From positions 7,418 to 71,417 of the IMG/VR virus record IMGVR_UViG_3300037187_000003: DNA of 64,000 nt, one strand, 5' to 3'. This DNA is from a virus. The position numbers were made by a program, and so were the translations under genes. Shown here in pieces: positions 27,907 through 37,305 of this stretch. How positions within the stretch are numbered: the stretch's first letter is position 1; every line of letters starts with the position of its first letter. Under the pieces are notes generated by a model, which did not search any database, was not told where the DNA came from, and was given only the letters and a program-made list of their open reading frames with translations.

Positions 27907-28063
27907 ACCGTTGTGGTGTCTATATCGACATCCTTTACGCAAGTTTGACGCCGGGTGTGACGCATTCCTGTGAACCATTGCCCCGCCCGACAGAAGCCCT
28001 CGACACCGCGGTCGCCAAGGCGCGAGCGCTCTACGCCGCGTAGTCCCAGCAGGAGCAACAACG

Positions 28064-28393
28064 ATGACCCAATGGATAACCGGACCCTGGACGGCGAGAT
28101 ACATAGACCGTCAGTGGTACATCATGTCGAGACCAACCGAGCGTTTCCCGGACGGGAAAGCGCTGGCTGCGATCAATCAGGCCATGATCGGAGATGATGG
28201 GGTTGCGTGCCTAATGGCCGCGGCACCTGAGATGGCGGCCGCCCTGCGGGCCATGATCTACGATACCACGCACTTTTCTGCGGTGCGCGACGACGGCTCG
28301 CACGACTGCCGCATCGGAGCCGAAGCGCTGGCGAATGCCCGCGCCGCGCTGGTCAAGGCCGGAGTCGATCAAGTGCCCTGCGACCCCGCGTAG
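28064..28393 (+). CDS. hypothetical protein (TPGPW...AAAP type)
   Basis: AGGAG RBS; TGPW, LMAAAPEM and ARAAL motifs. Confidence 0.65.
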   Translation: MTQWITGPWTARYIDRQWYIMSRPTERFPDGKALAAINQAMIGDDGVACLMAAAPEMAAALRAMIYDTTHFSAVRDDGSHDCRIGAEALANARAALVKAGVDQVPCDPA

Positions 28394-28902
28394 TTTTCCT
28401 CACGCTGGGCGCGCACGCGGACATAGGCTCGCTTATCGTGGGTGCCACAATAAACCGAGCCAGCCTTGGTCGGATCGCCGCAGAACCTCCACGGGCGCCC
28501 GTCGTTCATCGGCCACAGGCAGTGAGGCACTTTGCCCGGCACGGGTGGCGCCTGGACGGGCTGTGGCGCGGGGAGGGAAGTCCGGACAGGCAACACGGCT
28601 ACTCCCGCTATGGCCAGGGAGGCAGGCCACGCGATGGGGGTAGCTACCACGGGCGCTGCGTCGCTCGCCAGCGGCGGCAACGTGGGCACCGGAGTTCGAC
28701 GGACGTAGGGCGTGGGCGCCTTGCGCTCCCCGCCGCGGGGGATCGGGGATGGGCGCGGCGGTAGGTCGAGACGGTGCGCCTTCCCGACGACGGCATTCTT
28801 CGAGATGCCCATGCGCCGGCCGATCTCGGCGGTCGAGTGTCCCTCGTCCCACAAATCGCGCAACCGCTGTATCGTGGCGGCGTCCCACGGGCCGGACATC
28901 AT
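28369..28902 (-). CDS. gcrA: GcrA cell-cycle regulator homologue
   Basis: LRDLWDEGHSTAEIGRRMGISKNAVVGKAHRL and C-terminal CLWP...FCG...YCGTH. Confidence 0.9.
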   Translation of the reverse strand: MMSGPWDAATIQRLRDLWDEGHSTAEIGRRMGISKNAVVGKAHRLDLPPRPSPIPRGGERKAPTPYVRRTPVPTLPPLASDAAPVVATPIAWPASLAIAGVAVLPVRTSLPAPQPVQAPPVPGKVPHCLWPMNDGRPWRFCGDPTKAGSVYCGTHDKRAYVRVRAQREENYAGSQGT

Positions 28903-29192
28903 GGCTCAACCTCCACCCAACTCGCCGCCCAGCAGGGAGCACCCCAGCCCCGATCCGGTCGCTCGTCAATGGCGTCTTGCTCGACGGACCCGATAGCCGA
29001 GCCGAACAGATCGTATTGCACCGCAGCGGCAGCGAACGCGATGCTGCCTGGCGCAACTGCCACAATGTCCGACGCCCCACATTCGCAGCACACAATCGGC
29101 GCTGTCGGGATGCACACGCGCTCGCCTTCGTCGCCCAGCACGATCCGCATGCCCTGGCACCAGGGCCGGGGTGGTTGCGCGCCGCCGGTCAT
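28899..29192 (-). CDS. hypothetical protein with CxxC
   Basis: Coupled ORF in the operon. Confidence 0.5.
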   Translation of the reverse strand: MTGGAQPPRPWCQGMRIVLGDEGERVCIPTAPIVCCECGASDIVAVAPGSIAFAAAAVQYDLFGSAIGSVEQDAIDERPDRGWGAPCWAASWVEVEP

Positions 29193-29830
29193 GCTTCTCC
29201 CCTCTCCGCGAACAGGTCGGGCAGGCGCGCTGGCTCGGGGGAGGGTGGGGCTGGGGCGAATATCGGCGCGTCAACCTCGTCGCCCCACGCCGTCCATCCA
29301 TTCCGACTCTGGCGTGCGTACATTTCCAGACGCGGCTCCGGCGACAGCCGCTCAACCAAATCGAAGAACTCATCTGGCTTTTCGCTATGCCTGCCGCGTG
29401 GCCACTCGAATAATGTGCCGCCGGTTGCCTGCGCGTGCCTGCCGCCCTGGCCGAACGGATTGCCGATGCGATCACCCACGCGCGCCACCAAGACGTGCTC
29501 TGTGTTGCAGCGAAAGCGGCCAGCACCTAGGCCCGGCTTTTTCCACGTTAACAGTGTGATGGGCATCGCGCCCCACGCTCGCGCCAACTGGTAGCCCCAA
29601 TCGACATGCTGCGTCAGGCACCAAACATACAGATGGGCTTGGGCATCGAAGGCTGGCCGGATGTCAATGATCTCAGCAACGGTCATCGTCTTATAGTGCC
29701 GCTGCGGACTCGCCTTTGGTGCGCCACCATTCACAATGGCCATCGTCGGCTGCCACGGCGGGTCGACAACCACCGTGCGCCACGGCTTGGCGGTTAGCCG
29801 CGCCGACCCGATGACCTCCTCCCGCATCAT
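29189..29830 (-). CDS. MT-A70 family adenine methyltransferase
   Basis: DPPW, HYKTM, LYVW, TEH, HSEKP, LEMYAR and WGDE motifs. Confidence 0.88.
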   Translation of the reverse strand: MMREEVIGSARLTAKPWRTVVVDPPWQPTMAIVNGGAPKASPQRHYKTMTVAEIIDIRPAFDAQAHLYVWCLTQHVDWGYQLARAWGAMPITLLTWKKPGLGAGRFRCNTEHVLVARVGDRIGNPFGQGGRHAQATGGTLFEWPRGRHSEKPDEFFDLVERLSPEPRLEMYARQSRNGWTAWGDEVDAPIFAPAPPSPEPARLPDLFAERGEA

Positions 29831-31101
29831 ACCGCGTCCTGCGTGATATCCGCGAACATGCCGGCGTCCTTCACGATGCGGCGTTCGATCATGGCGCAAT
29901 AATCCTGGTTCAATTCGATGCCGACGGAGTCGCGCCCGAGGCGGTCGGCAACCATCAAAGTCGTGCCTGCTCCCGCGAAACAGTCCAGCGCGACGCATGG
30001 CACCGGGTCGGCTGGCGGGCAGGCGCACGACTGGCGCCACGCGCTGATCCGCTCCCGCATCCCGGAGAGGATGCGCGCCTTGACCGCGCTGGCGTCCTGT
30101 ACGCCCGCTGCGGCGTGGCCCTTGCTGGACTGGCCGTTGTAGCCCCCATTTGCATCGGCGCCGCACGCGGCCTTGTGGGCTTCGTCTGGTGCGCCTTTTG
30201 TGACGATCCGGACATGCGGTGCGCCGCAGTGGGGACAGGCGCCACGTTCGGATGTGGCGGCGCGGATCAATGGCTCAATCAGGCGAGGAGGGAAGCTGGC
30301 GAAGTGGGCTTCGGCCAGAGGCATCGGGTTCACGTCGAGCGCCAGTGGATTGCCGTCGTTGTCTGCGATCAGGCCGTGAGGGGCGTTGAGGCTTTCGAGG
30401 AACAAGTCCGAGTTGCGGAAGTTGCGCTTAGTCACAAGCGCCCGGAACGATTCTTCCCTGGCTGCCTTAGTCGCATTCTTGCCTTTGAAAAATCCCTTGG
30501 CACGTTCTGGATGCGATCCACCAGGAGGATAAGCCGCCGGTCTCCGAATATCTTCGGCATCCCAAAAATATTGCTCCTGCTTCGTCAGCAGATAGACATA
30601 TTCAACCGCCGAACTCGGCCGATCCGTCACGCTCTCCGGCATACATGACCGCTTGATCCACGGCATTTGTGACCGCAGCCACCAGCCGTCCGCTTGCAGC
30701 GCCATCGCTACGCGGGCCGGTATCATAACCAAGTCTTTCGGCTTCCCGTCAAAGCGCCCGACATTCGGCGATACGCCAGCCTGCTTCCACCCGGCTTCCG
30801 AGTGCATCGACCTTGGCGCGTTGTAGGTTGACGACGAGGCATAGGAGTCGCCCAAGTTTACAAGCAAAATGCCGTCGTCACGCAGCACGCGTTTCACTTC
30901 CCGGAATACAGCAACCAATGCGCCGATGTAACTCGTTGCCAGCAATTCATTGCCGATTTCCTTCTCGGCGTCAGGGTGGCCCTCCGGCAAATAGCGACGT
31001 AACCCTCGGTATGGAGGGCTGGTGATACAGCATTGCACGCTATTCGGCGCAAGCGTCCGGAGCACCGCAAGCGCGTCGCCTTGCAGGACCCGGATCGTCA
31101 C
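29827..31101 (-). CDS. N4-C/N6-A DNA methyltransferase (beta class)
   Basis: TSPPY, VNLGDSY, HFASFP and LDCFAGAGTT motifs; Cys-containing insert. Confidence 0.92.
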   Translation of the reverse strand: MTIRVLQGDALAVLRTLAPNSVQCCITSPPYRGLRRYLPEGHPDAEKEIGNELLATSYIGALVAVFREVKRVLRDDGILLVNLGDSYASSSTYNAPRSMHSEAGWKQAGVSPNVGRFDGKPKDLVMIPARVAMALQADGWWLRSQMPWIKRSCMPESVTDRPSSAVEYVYLLTKQEQYFWDAEDIRRPAAYPPGGSHPERAKGFFKGKNATKAAREESFRALVTKRNFRNSDLFLESLNAPHGLIADNDGNPLALDVNPMPLAEAHFASFPPRLIEPLIRAATSERGACPHCGAPHVRIVTKGAPDEAHKAACGADANGGYNGQSSKGHAAAGVQDASAVKARILSGMRERISAWRQSCACPPADPVPCVALDCFAGAGTTLMVADRLGRDSVGIELNQDYCAMIERRIVKDAGMFADITQDAV

Positions 31102-31286
31102 GTCACCCCCACCGCCAAACCGTCGCCCCCGAACGCGGCAGCCCGCACCGGCACAACCTCCGCGATCATCGCCGCAAGCAGTTCGAGATCGGCGCGGTCC
31201 AGCACATATTCGGAGCCGGAGATCGTCACTCCCCAGGCGCCGTCGCGGATCGGGCGCACGCGCATGGTGTCGGAATAACGCATCAC
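31098..31286 (-). CDS. hypothetical protein
   Basis: Coupled small ORF. Confidence 0.5.
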   Translation of the reverse strand: MMRYSDTMRVRPIRDGAWGVTISGSEYVLDRADLELLAAMIAEVVPVRAAAFGGDGLAVGVT

Positions 31287-31510
31287 GCCACCACAACCCC
31301 CTCGCGAGCCAGCGCGAGATGCACCAGCGCATCGAGCGCCTCGCCGCTGACGGCCAGCCGCGTCACACGATCGCCGTTGGTGAATCGGATCATGTAGATA
31401 CCATCGACTTGCCCGAGGAAAACGCTGCGGTCGTCGGCTAGTTTGATGAGCGAGCCAGGCACCATATCGGCGGGGGCGGCTTCGGCGGGGAGGGAGGGTT
31501 CGTCGGTCAT
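31283..31510 (-). CDS. hypothetical protein
   Basis: ATGA-coupled ORF. Confidence 0.55.
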   Translation of the reverse strand: MTDEPSLPAEAAPADMVPGSLIKLADDRSVFLGQVDGIYMIRFTNGDRVTRLAVSGEALDALVHLALAREGVVVA

Positions 31511-31818
31511 GACATCACCATAATTTCGTCTGTCCACCTCTCCTGTGTCATTCCGCCGCCGAGCGCGTTGTCCTCACTCCACAACTCACCAAAGCACGGG
31601 CGACAGTCACCGCGAGGCAGGCAAAGGAAATATGCCTCGCGCACAGCGAAGCACATTGCGCACGTCTTAAAGTCAGCGCCCCGATGGTCCCACACGCCGG
31701 AGAAATATTCATATTGTTCACCGGGCAGGATAGGATTGCCGCACTCGCAACAGGCATGGATTTTACGCGCAGTCCGCCATGTTTGATATGACCCCTGCGG
31801 CTCATCGCAGTCACACAT
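31507..31818 (-). CDS. zinc-binding phage protein
   Basis: ARKIHACCECG...PGEQY...KTCAMC. Confidence 0.7.
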   Translation of the reverse strand: MCDCDEPQGSYQTWRTARKIHACCECGNPILPGEQYEYFSGVWDHRGADFKTCAMCFAVREAYFLCLPRGDCRPCFGELWSEDNALGGGMTQERWTDEIMVMS

Positions 31819-31821
31819 AAC

Positions 31822-32058
31822 TCACTCCGCCGCCGCCTTCGACGCCCCCAGATGCCCCGCGACAGCCGCGCGTACGCCGTGCGCCACGTCGCCGGTTGCG
31901 GGGTCGATGCCCTGCGCGGGGGGTAACGGCTCCAGCCGGAACCCGTTCGCGTGCAGCGCGTCGAGGAACGCGCCGAGCTTGTCAATCTTATCTTTTCTGC
32001 CGGCGTCGATCGCGGCCAGGACGGCGAGGCGAAGGCGGGTGTGGTCGTTGCTGTTCAT
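31822..32058 (-). CDS. hypothetical protein
   Basis: AGGAG RBS; 78 aa. Confidence 0.55.
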   Translation of the reverse strand: MNSNDHTRLRLAVLAAIDAGRKDKIDKLGAFLDALHANGFRLEPLPPAQGIDPATGDVAHGVRAAVAGHLGASKAAAE

Positions 32059-32255
32059 GGTGTTGTCTCCTGTTGGTTTGGTAGTTCTTTCACAAGAATG
32101 CGTCGGTATTCAGCCAGGATACACGCCACCTCGCTGGTTCGTAGGTTGCGACCAAGCGTGCTAAGCCCCTGCTTCCGCGCCTGCTTTAACGGCAACGGCA
32201 GGCAGCGCCTCACCGCCAGGTCCAGCGCGGCGCGCTCGCGGTCAGTGTGGATCAT
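32055..32255 (-). CDS. hypothetical protein
   Basis: ATGA-coupled; MIHTDRERAA. Confidence 0.5.
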   Translation of the reverse strand: MIHTDRERAALDLAVRRCLPLPLKQARKQGLSTLGRNLRTSEVACILAEYRRILVKELPNQQETTP

Positions 32256-32506
32256 TGCTCGCTTCCCATCGGCGCTTCCGCCGCCAACTCCACGAGCCAC
32301 GCCGGCCAGCGCCGCGCGCACGGCACACACCGGGCCAGTCGCGGCGCGCAGCTTTCGCCCGCGCCTGCCCGACCGGGCTCCGGCGGGGAGGATACGCCGG
32401 GGTGCATCGTGGGGGCTACTTCGTTGGTCATGCTGACAAGTGAACGCGGGTCGTGCCGGATGCGCGACAAGGCCGCGTCGATCAATGCCAGGGTTGCGGG
32501 TCTCAT
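32252..32506 (-). CDS. hypothetical protein
   Basis: AGGAG RBS; ATGA-coupled. Confidence 0.45.
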   Translation of the reverse strand: MRPATLALIDAALSRIRHDPRSLVSMTNEVAPTMHPGVSSPPEPGRAGAGESCAPRLARCVPCARRWPAWLVELAAEAPMGSEQ

Positions 32507-32751
32507 GCTGCATTCTCCTGTGTTGGCGCCGGCCTGCTGCACCAACAGTCGCGGCTAAACTCGACCAACCCAGATCGGCTCATCTGCTGCAACAGCCGGT
32601 CTGCGGCGCGTTTTGCGACGGCATACGGAACCCCGGCCCGCGACAATTCGAGCGCGACCCTGCCAAACGTGAACCCGCCGGGCTGGCGCGCGATCCACGC
32701 CTTCACGGCGTCCAGCGCGGCTTCGGAAATCTCTACGCCCTGTACCTTCAT
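32503..32751 (-). CDS. hypothetical protein (winged-helix-like)
   Basis: RAADRLLQQMSRSGLVEF motif. Confidence 0.6.
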   Translation of the reverse strand: MKVQGVEISEAALDAVKAWIARQPGGFTFGRVALELSRAGVPYAVAKRAADRLLQQMSRSGLVEFSRDCWCSRPAPTQENAA

Positions 32752-33146
32752 GCTGCATCTCCTACCCGTGGGGCCGGCAACGGCTCGCCGCGGACGCACC
32801 GCTGCTGGCGGCGGCAGATCGACGGGTCGGGGCAGACGGGGCAGATGTCGAGTTCCGCGGGGCGGGTGGGCGTGTCCTCTTTCGGTGGCGCAGCATCAAT
32901 CGCACCCCGCAGTGGGGCGGCGGCAATCGCACGTTCGAAGATAGCCCGGCATTCTTCCGCAATCGCCGCAGGGTCTTCGCCGCGAGCGATGCAATCGGCC
33001 ACGATCTCTTCATCGCTCATGGCAAGGACGCGCTCAACCTCGGCGTCTACCGCCTGCATCGCGCGCTCAAAGCATATCAGAGGATCGCCGCAGCACTGGC
33101 CGGGAGCGGGTCGCCCGGCGTCCCAGCATTCGGAAGAGGGCATCAC
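32748..33146 (-). CDS. hypothetical Cys-rich protein
   Basis: VLAMSDEEI...GEDP motif; coupled ORF. Confidence 0.5.
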   Translation of the reverse strand: MMPSSECWDAGRPAPGQCCGDPLICFERAMQAVDAEVERVLAMSDEEIVADCIARGEDPAAIAEECRAIFERAIAAAPLRGAIDAAPPKEDTPTRPAELDICPVCPDPSICRRQQRCVRGEPLPAPRVGDAA

Positions 33147-33394
33147 GCAGCCCTCCGCTTTTTCCTGGCCTCAATCCTCTGCGCTGCCTCATACGCTGCC
33201 AGTAAGTCGTTCGCCGTGACCTCGCCGCGCGTTGCTTTCGTGACGGCAGCGGCAAACGGCATGCTCGGCAACTTGCGGTAGGACAGGCATTCAGAGAGGT
33301 AGGATTGCGACACGCCGTGTTGCGCGGCAAACGCCATTGCGGTCTGCTGACGCTCGAACAGCCAACGCCGAAGGGGGTGGATCGGTGGTTCCAT
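33143..33394 (-). CDS. Cro-like HTH regulator
   Basis: FAAQHGVSQSYLS...ATRGEVTANDL; first gene of the leftward operon. Confidence 0.8.
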   Translation of the reverse strand: MEPPIHPLRRWLFERQQTAMAFAAQHGVSQSYLSECLSYRKLPSMPFAAAVTKATRGEVTANDLLAAYEAAQRIEARKKRRAA

Positions 33395-33534
33395 GCACGC
33401 TAATCTAGTGCGGCGAAAAACTTTCGTCAACGGCAATTAGTTGCCTTGCACGTTTTCGCGGAAAGGCGATATATACGCGCCCACACCCCGCGCGCCTCGG
33501 CGGGACGGCAACAGACGGGCACGGGAGAACCGGC
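33395..33534. promoter_or_regulatory. divergent early control region
   Basis: Strand switch. Plus strand has TTGCAC-N17/18-TATATA at 33446-33475; minus strand has TTGACG (33425-33430) ahead of the Cro-like gene. Confidence 0.55.
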
Positions 33535-33723
33535 ATGACGAACCATCCGCATCGGAAGGCAAAAGTGAAGCCAATCCGATTTGCAATCCGCGACGCATCC
33601 ACCGGCAAGATGGTGCGCAACGGTCACGGCGAGCCAGTCTATATCATGGCTTACACGGCGAAAGCCGCAAAGCATCAGGCCAAACCGCTCCACGACAGGC
33701 AAGTTATTGCGGAGCCCGTGTAA
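33535..33723 (+). CDS. hypothetical protein
   Basis: GGGAG RBS; starts MTNHPHRK. Confidence 0.6.
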   Translation: MTNHPHRKAKVKPIRFAIRDASTGKMVRNGHGEPVYIMAYTAKAAKHQAKPLHDRQVIAEPV

Positions 33724-33748
33724 TGCGCCTCGGCGGGGAATATCTGAC

Positions 33749-33925
33749 ATGCACTACACAGTGAGATACCGTGAAGGCACCGAGCCCGACGCCCGCACCG
33801 GCACCCAGGTCATCTCGGCCGACAGCGATGCGGAAGCGGAACGCATCGCGGCCAAGGTGTGCCGCGCCGGTAAGTTCAACGGTGGTGCGCGGCGCGTGAT
33901 CCTCTCCGTCGATCCGGTGCGGTAA
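33749..33925 (+). CDS. hypothetical protein
   Basis: MHYTVRYREG; 58 aa. Confidence 0.55.
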   Translation: MHYTVRYREGTEPDARTGTQVISADSDAEAERIAAKVCRAGKFNGGARRVILSVDPVR

Positions 33926-33998
33926 TGCAATACGTCATTCGCATCGCTGAGCCAGGCCGCGACCCACAGAACTGGCGGCGATGCGGAGGACCGCTGAC

Positions 33999-34379
33999 AT
34001 GAGCCATCGGGAAATCACGCTTGACCAGTTCCACGCAGAAATGAAAGCGCAAGGCGTCAGCGGTCACGAGCACGTCGCGTTTAGATGTGTTGTATGCGGC
34101 ACCATCCAGTCCGGGCACGATTTAATTCGTGCCGGAGCGGGTCCTACGTTCGATGATGTGGAGCGTTACTTGGCTTTTTCCTGTGTTGGCCGATGGACAG
34201 ATGCCGGTGACGCTCCTGGTCGCGGGTGCGATTGGACGCTCGGCGGCCTATTCGGTTTTTCTGATCTGGTGGTCGTCACACCAGACGGGAAGAAGCACCC
34301 GAGATTCGAACTCGCCACGCCCGCAGAGGCGCAGGCGCACGAGCGGGCGCAGCGTGACAGCATCAACGGGGAAGGATGA
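33999..34379 (+). CDS. VVA0879-like zinc-binding protein
   Basis: FRCVVCGTIQS, FSCVGR and GCDWTLGGLF motifs. Confidence 0.75.
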   Translation: MSHREITLDQFHAEMKAQGVSGHEHVAFRCVVCGTIQSGHDLIRAGAGPTFDDVERYLAFSCVGRWTDAGDAPGRGCDWTLGGLFGFSDLVVVTPDGKKHPRFELATPAEAQAHERAQRDSINGEG

Positions 34380-34380
34380 C

Positions 34381-34776
34381 ATGATTGAACTGCCGAGGCG
34401 GTTACGGCTGAGCGAAGTCCGCCGTTTGGCCGGCATTGTTTTCGCAAATGACACAGGGCTAGTCGTGGCAGATTGCCGTGGGACCCTTGGTGGGCACGCG
34501 ATAGCCGCCGAGATTGTGCGACGATGGAACGCGATGATGGCGATAGACGAGCAGATGGATGTCTTTCTCGGCTCGGGACATGCCATCGCCGCGCTGACGC
34601 AGGAGCCGCCCGATGCGCCGCCCAGTGATCCGCTGCCGTGGGGTGAAGATCAGGCGACCGACGCAGCCCTTGCCCGAGAGATGGACGCGGACACGCTTTG
34701 GAAAGCGCGTCGTGGTCGCGCCGACCCGCCGCCGCTTGGCACGTTCATTCCAGGGAGTCCGCATCGTGGGAGATGA
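34381..34776 (+). CDS. hypothetical protein
   Basis: AAEIVRRWNA motif. Confidence 0.5.
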   Translation: MIELPRRLRLSEVRRLAGIVFANDTGLVVADCRGTLGGHAIAAEIVRRWNAMMAIDEQMDVFLGSGHAIAALTQEPPDAPPSDPLPWGEDQATDAALAREMDADTLWKARRGRADPPPLGTFIPGSPHRGR

Positions 34777-35074
34777 TAAACTGAACCTGAAAGCCGCCGA
34801 CGACAACTTTCTAGAGTGGTGGTCTAAGCTCAAACTCGAAGGCAAAGGCCGTAGCGAGGTGGGGCATCAAGCTTTCCTCGCCGGCTGGACTGCACGGCAC
34901 GCCGGCGATGCGGTTAATCCCGATGCTACGCGTCTGATCCTGCGTAACCAGATCGCAATCATGGAAGCCCTGCAACGCTTCGGCGGCTGGCGTCAAGACA
35001 CGCAATCAGAGGCCATCAAGTGCGGCAAGGCTGTCGCGGAGACCAAAGCCTTTCTCGAAGGGACAACGGCATGA
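34766..35074 (+). CDS. hypothetical protein
   Basis: GGGAG RBS and GTG start; AFLAGW and ILRNQIAIM motifs. Confidence 0.55.
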   Translation: MGDDKLNLKAADDNFLEWWSKLKLEGKGRSEVGHQAFLAGWTARHAGDAVNPDATRLILRNQIAIMEALQRFGGWRQDTQSEAIKCGKAVAETKAFLEGTTA

Positions 35075-35271
35075 CCCGCGACCCGATCACCCACCGCGTC
35101 ACGCCGCGCGTTGCCGATGCCTGGATTGCCGGCAGCGCGCGACCGCCCGGCGACGGGTTCGAGAAGCTGCGCAATCATCACCGCAGCCAGAACATAAAGT
35201 TCGTGGTCCGGTATGTGATGTTCTGCCTCGCCGTTTGCGCGCTGTCGTTCGCGGCTGGGTGGTGGCTGTGA
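35071..35271 (+). CDS. small membrane protein
   Basis: ATGA-coupled; C-terminal TM helix. Confidence 0.55.
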   Translation: MTRDPITHRVTPRVADAWIAGSARPPGDGFEKLRNHHRSQNIKFVVRYVMFCLAVCALSFAAGWWL

Positions 35272-35285
35272 TGGAGGGATAGGAG

Positions 35286-35495
35286 ATGGCACGCAAACAG
35301 AAACGCCCGCTGCATCCGTTGCGGGTGGTTGAGGCGGTGCAAGATTGGGAGGAAGCCGCGTCGCTGTTCTACGCAAAAGTGGATGCGCTCGGCACTATAC
35401 TGGCCGACGGGGCGGCGGTTGCTATCGGCAAGGACCTGTTGACGGCAGCCGAGGCGTTCCGCGCCGCGTTCTGGCCAGAGGTCTCGATCCCATGA
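35286..35495 (+). CDS. hypothetical protein
   Basis: RBS present; 69 aa. Confidence 0.6.
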   Translation: MARKQKRPLHPLRVVEAVQDWEEAASLFYAKVDALGTILADGAAVAIGKDLLTAAEAFRAAFWPEVSIP

Positions 35496-35635
35496 TGCTC
35501 GCCATCTACATCGCCGCCGGCCTGTGCATCGTGCTCGCGCTGATCGGCGCCGCGCTGGTGTTCGGATCGCCGCGCAACCCAGACGACGACCGACCCGACC
35601 AGGCCGACCCGTCCGATTTGCAGAGGATGCCATGA
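35492..35635 (+). CDS. small membrane protein
   Basis: N-terminal TM helix; ATGA-coupled. Confidence 0.55.
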   Translation: MMLAIYIAAGLCIVLALIGAALVFGSPRNPDDDRPDQADPSDLQRMP

Positions 35636-35844
35636 CCCCGCAAGCCAAAGCGGTCGCCGCAGAGATGCGCCGCCTGGATGATCGAACGCGCGCCCGCGCC
35701 GTCGATATCCTGCGCCGGCTTGGCCGCGGCGAGATGCAGTCCGGCTTTCCTTGCTTTGCGGCCGGCATCAAGGAATTGGAACGGCTCGGAGTGCCAGGCG
35801 TGGGCCTTCTGGTCGAGAGCGAGAGGCGGGAGATTGCGCCATGA
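35632..35844 (+). CDS. hypothetical protein
   Basis: ATGA-coupled. Confidence 0.55.
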   Translation: MTPQAKAVAAEMRRLDDRTRARAVDILRRLGRGEMQSGFPCFAAGIKELERLGVPGVGLLVESERREIAP

Positions 35845-36233
35845 CGGACGCCGAGAAATTGGAGGATGCGCTCGAACTGCTAGGACCGGAGACACCCACG
35901 ATGGCTGACATCAAGGTCGGGCAGAATATGGTGCTGGCCACACCGCCGCGTCATGGCGAGGAATGGAAGGTCTCCGACATCACTATTACAAAGGTCGGCC
36001 GCGCATACGCATACTTCGGCGATTTTCGGCGGTTCGGCCTTAAGACCATGAGGGACTACAGCTACCCAGGATGTAGGGTTTTTGTCTCGCGTGAAGCGTT
36101 TGAAGAAGACCGCAAGCGTTCGGCGCGGTGGGCTACTTTCCACGCCAAGGTACGGCGCATGCTTGACCCTCCGGACCACATCACCACGCAGATGATCGAG
36201 CGCGCGGCTGCGGCGCTGGAGATTGAACTATAA
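35841..36233 (+). CDS. hypothetical protein (ITKVGR type)
   Basis: IKVGQ and ITKVGRAYAY motifs. Confidence 0.65.
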   Translation: MTDAEKLEDALELLGPETPTMADIKVGQNMVLATPPRHGEEWKVSDITITKVGRAYAYFGDFRRFGLKTMRDYSYPGCRVFVSREAFEEDRKRSARWATFHAKVRRMLDPPDHITTQMIERAAAALEIEL

Positions 36234-36248
36234 AAGGAAAGGCACGTC

Positions 36249-36491
36249 ATGATAAACTTTATACCAGTCGTCGGCTGGGGAATATCGCTCTTCTTTTCCA
36301 TCAGCCTAGCAGTGCCGTTCTGGTTTGTCTGGACCGTTTGCGGTATCGGCGCAACCTACTTCTATTTCCTTCCGCCAGTCTGGCAAACCCCAGGGTTCTG
36401 GTCGTGCGTCGGTATCTCCATGGTCATCTCGATTATCAAGGTGGTGTTCGTCCCACGGTTGATCTCGGTTACCACCAAGACAAAGAACTGA
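36249..36491 (+). CDS. membrane protein
   Basis: AAGGA RBS; two hydrophobic helices. Confidence 0.7.
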   Translation: MINFIPVVGWGISLFFSISLAVPFWFVWTVCGIGATYFYFLPPVWQTPGFWSCVGISMVISIIKVVFVPRLISVTTKTKN

Positions 36492-36495
36492 AACG

Positions 36496-36753
36496 ATGAG
36501 CCAGACAACCGGAGACATCCACGCCCGCCACGACGCCTACCGCGAGGCGACGCCGTCCACGCTGGAACGGATGGCGACGCTCGACCAGTTGTGCGCCACG
36601 CTCCGAGGCGAACTCGCGCGGCCGGACTGGCAGTTGGGCGTGCGTAATCCGGCCGAGACGCGGCGCGGGATGCAAGATCAACTCGCGGGGCACGAGGCCG
36701 CGCTCGCGGAACTGTTGCGGCCGGGCGAAGTATCGAGAGGGGGGCGGGTATGA
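36496..36753 (+). CDS. hypothetical protein
   Basis: 85-aa ORF in the operon. Confidence 0.55.
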   Translation: MSQTTGDIHARHDAYREATPSTLERMATLDQLCATLRGELARPDWQLGVRNPAETRRGMQDQLAGHEAALAELLRPGEVSRGGRV

Positions 36754-36948
36754 GCCCTCGCCTCCACTCCATCTACACCTGTTACGAACCGCCCGACGTG
36801 GACGCCCCCGAGGTCGAGCTCGAAATCTTCTTCACGTTTCTGGGGGCCGGCCAGCCGATGGGGCGGACGTCGCCGCCATCCCAGACTTGACTTTTCCGAC
36901 CGAATCCGACAATTGACTTAATATGTCAGGCCGATGAAGGGAGAGGGT

Positions 36949-37104
36949 ATGTTCCCCAGCGTGGAGCGGCTGCTCCAGATTGGGACTGGCCGCCACATCT
37001 ACCCCTGGAAGCGTCTTGCCGACACTCTCGGCGCCGACCAAAGGGCTGTGCAACGCTGGTACGCGCAGGCGATTGAGATCATCGCAGCAAAGGTGGCCCC
37101 ATGA
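36949..37104 (+). pseudogene. C-terminal fragment of a DUF6362-like HTH protein
   Basis: GRHIYPWKRLADTLGADQRAVQRWYAQAI resembles the C-terminus of that family; the N-terminal part is absent. Confidence 0.4.
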
Positions 37105-37305
37105 GGCTAGAACTCGATATGCCGGACGATCTGGCGGATCAGATTTCTGATGGAACTTGTAGACCTCGCAGAGAAGCGGGACGAGGAATACAAGTTCGAC
37201 GCCGGAATCGCAGATAAGCTCCGAGACGCTAGAGCTTTCGGAACGGCATAACTGCCGCTCCGCAGCGTGGGGATCGCCCGCTGCACAGATCAAAGGACGG
37301 AAGCC

